A DNA stretch of 43,778 bases from Bigelowiella natans CCMP2755. Taxonomy: Eukaryota; Protista; Cercozoa. Position 1 is the first letter of the stretch. Each line of letters begins with the position of its first letter. The notes beneath the pieces are model-generated. The model was not told the DNA's origin, ran no database searches, and saw only the letters and a program-made list of their open reading frames with translations. Of this stretch, positions 41,845 through 43,778 are shown piece by piece. The position numbers and the translations under genes were made by a program. Location: the NCBI GenBank assembly GCA_000320545.1, contig ADNK01002550.1, positions 1-43,778 of the forward strand, read 5' to 3'.

Positions 41845-42477
41845 TAAGTACAATTTTTTGTAATATATAGGAAATCCGACGAGTGTGCATTGAATTTTGC
41901 AAAGCAGAACACTCTACTCAACGCACGATGGGAATAGACGAATACTTTCTCTCGCATTCCATTTAAAATTCGCGCACAGGAGCCTTCTTACCAGCCGAGA
42001 GCTGCGTTGGTAGAGGAGGCCGCGCTACTTCGTTATGACCGCTGCGACCCTTCAGCTCTTCAGTAGATCCGACATCCTGATATTTACAAGCAGTGTCATC
42101 ATCTTTCTCTCTGCGCCTGCTCGCAAATTGAGAGGAATGCTATCACGTACCTTATCGCGAAGTGACCTTAGTATTTGAGCTTCTCTTTCGTCAGTCTTCT
42201 TCTGGGCGATTGACTTTGCTAAGAAGTCGGGGATTTCGTGCTGTTTGGCAGGGTTTAGCAGGGAATCTGCAGATGGCAACGCTGCGCCCTGCTTGCCGCT
42301 GGCATTTCTTTTCCTTCTTTTCTTCTTTTTCTTCTTGGTCTTTCTCCGCTTCATCTTAGCATCATCCGCGTCCTTCTTCGACGCTGCTTTTTCCTCCTGC
42401 CCAGTGGTGGTGGTGGGGGGCTGGATTTCATCATCGCTACTACCCCCACTGCCGTATGACCCAATCAAACTCTCCAT
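41364..42477 (-). CDS. Small Lys-rich, probably nuclear protein of unknown function (>=4 exons)
   Basis: MESLIGSYGSGGSSDDE...KKKKKKRRKR (NLS-like)...LPSADSLL...SLRDK|gtacgt. Further exons: DVGSTEELKGR..., RKPKHGFDALSVKTNSKKKLKGDGSYDTANIKT, YERMMAKGMTRKAERFLEEMYSKG* (TGA at 41366-41364). Confidence 0.7.
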
Positions 42478-43115
42478 CGCGTTTTGCTTTGTCTGTCATT
42501 GAAACAACATAAGCAGACGTGGGATCTGTGATTTTTACGTTCATTTTGACAAAACATAGCACCCGCCCCCCCTCGCTGACCCGATTTTTCAACTGCAACG
42601 GCAAAGCACGAATGGGAAGACTACTGAAGGTCGGGCATTCGAAGCCAAGTGGTGCGGCGCTGATCGATTCGCAAGGGGGGGGGATAAATCAACGATTGTG
42701 GAGCAGCCTTCGGGAGGGGAGGTGGATTGTTGTAGTTGTTGTAGCATAAATAAGAGCAAAAAAATATCTAATCGACTTAATATCTGATCAATCTACCCCA
42801 GCTAAAAAACAATCTCTGCTTCCTCTGAGTAGAGAGGGCTAAATAGAAATTGCAATATAGTTATAATCTACGTCAATAAATTATTTATGTCGCTAATAAA
42901 GATTCACCTTTAATTCACCATGTTTCTCCCCCCAGTTAGCCCTTACGACATTATGCGTCAGAAGACAAACTGCTCCTGCATCGAATCGTGGAGAGAAGAG
43001 ACCGCCCACGCCTCTACCTGCCGCATTGCTCTAAGGAAACAAAAGAAATCTACCAACTTGAGTGCAAACCTCTCGAGCTTTCCCCATTGGTCACAAGCGA
43101 TTGGCTTTCGTTCGA

Positions 43116-43739
43116 ATGGCTGCCTTTACCACCGTCAAAGTTCTTCTCCTCGCGCTTCCCCATCTTTTCGTCCTGGGCGAAGCAAAAAGCAATGGGGGTA
43201 TTATAGTGATTTAACATCGAAGCCATCGTTGCGTGGACGAATTCTTTGTTTCTTATAGCTGGGAGACGGTGATCGATAGCCTTTCACTAACCGATTCCAC
43301 CCCTCCCCCCCCCTTCCCTGCGCTATAGTTCGCGGTGTAGACCCGAAAGACTTGGCTCTCTACACGGGAAAAACCTTCAAGTGCATCGACGGTACAACAT
43401 TTATGAATTCTCCCGCTTGTTATCTCCTCTGGTTATCCACCCCGTCGTTAGTCGAGTGCTGACTCGCCCTGGTTTGAATTGCTATCAGGATCGATGGAAA
43501 TCGAGAGCTGGAAGGTATAGCTATGTGCTGCCATTGTGTTTGGTAGTCGGCTGGGCGATCGTTGTATTGCTGTGAAGGTGGGCGGGGGGGGGGGGGGGGG
43601 CAACAGCATGCAACAATAGACATTAGTTGCAGCAGTACTGATAACTTAATTGGAATAGCAGCACTCACCATCAACATATCCGTACCTTGACAGGTGAATG
43701 ATGACTACTGTGACTGCGAAGATGGTTCAGACGAGCCAG
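43116..43739 (+). CDS. Glucosidase II beta subunit (PRKCSH-like), 5' part; continues beyond the window
   Basis: Signal peptide MAAFTTVKVLLLALPHLFVLGEA, then exons VRGVDPKDLALYTGKTFKCID, GSMEIESWK and VNDDYCDCEDGSDEPG (43694-43739), the diagnostic N-terminal motif of the family. Confidence 0.9.
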
Positions 43740-43778
43740 GTAATATGCTGTTTCATTGCCACGGATACTCAAACGCAC

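Overview
Eukaryotic nuclear DNA from an intron-dense protist-like genome (short exons, GT-AG introns, introns rich in (TA)n/(CA)n/(GA)n microsatellites and poly-C tracts); most ORFs in the track are artefacts. Manual exon stitching gives, left to right: (-) a multi-exon two-domain glycosyltransferase (PLOD-type GT + a second GT-A domain) running off the left edge; (+) an unidentified multi-exon coding region leading into a tandem pseudokinase; (+) an almost intronless monoacylglycerol lipase/lysophospholipase; (+) an ankyrin-repeat gene with exactly one repeat per phase-1 exon; (-) a PKA-C-like kinase with YRD->YRG, preceded by a long unidentified multi-exon region; (-) a small Lys-rich protein; (+) the 5' end of glucosidase II beta subunit. 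The most striking signal is not a gene. The three intergenic spacers around the lipase and ankyrin genes (~21.6-22.7, 24.2-25.1, 27.4-28.7 kb) are purged of TpA except inside CTAG, which is strongly enriched. They include an apparent fossil (TA)n microsatellite converted to CA/TG units. This looks like a targeted 'reverse-RIP' TpA->CpA/TpG hypermutation process that spares CTAG. It sits at the centre of a ~17.8 kb microsatellite-free domain. All counts were made by eye and need computational confirmation.
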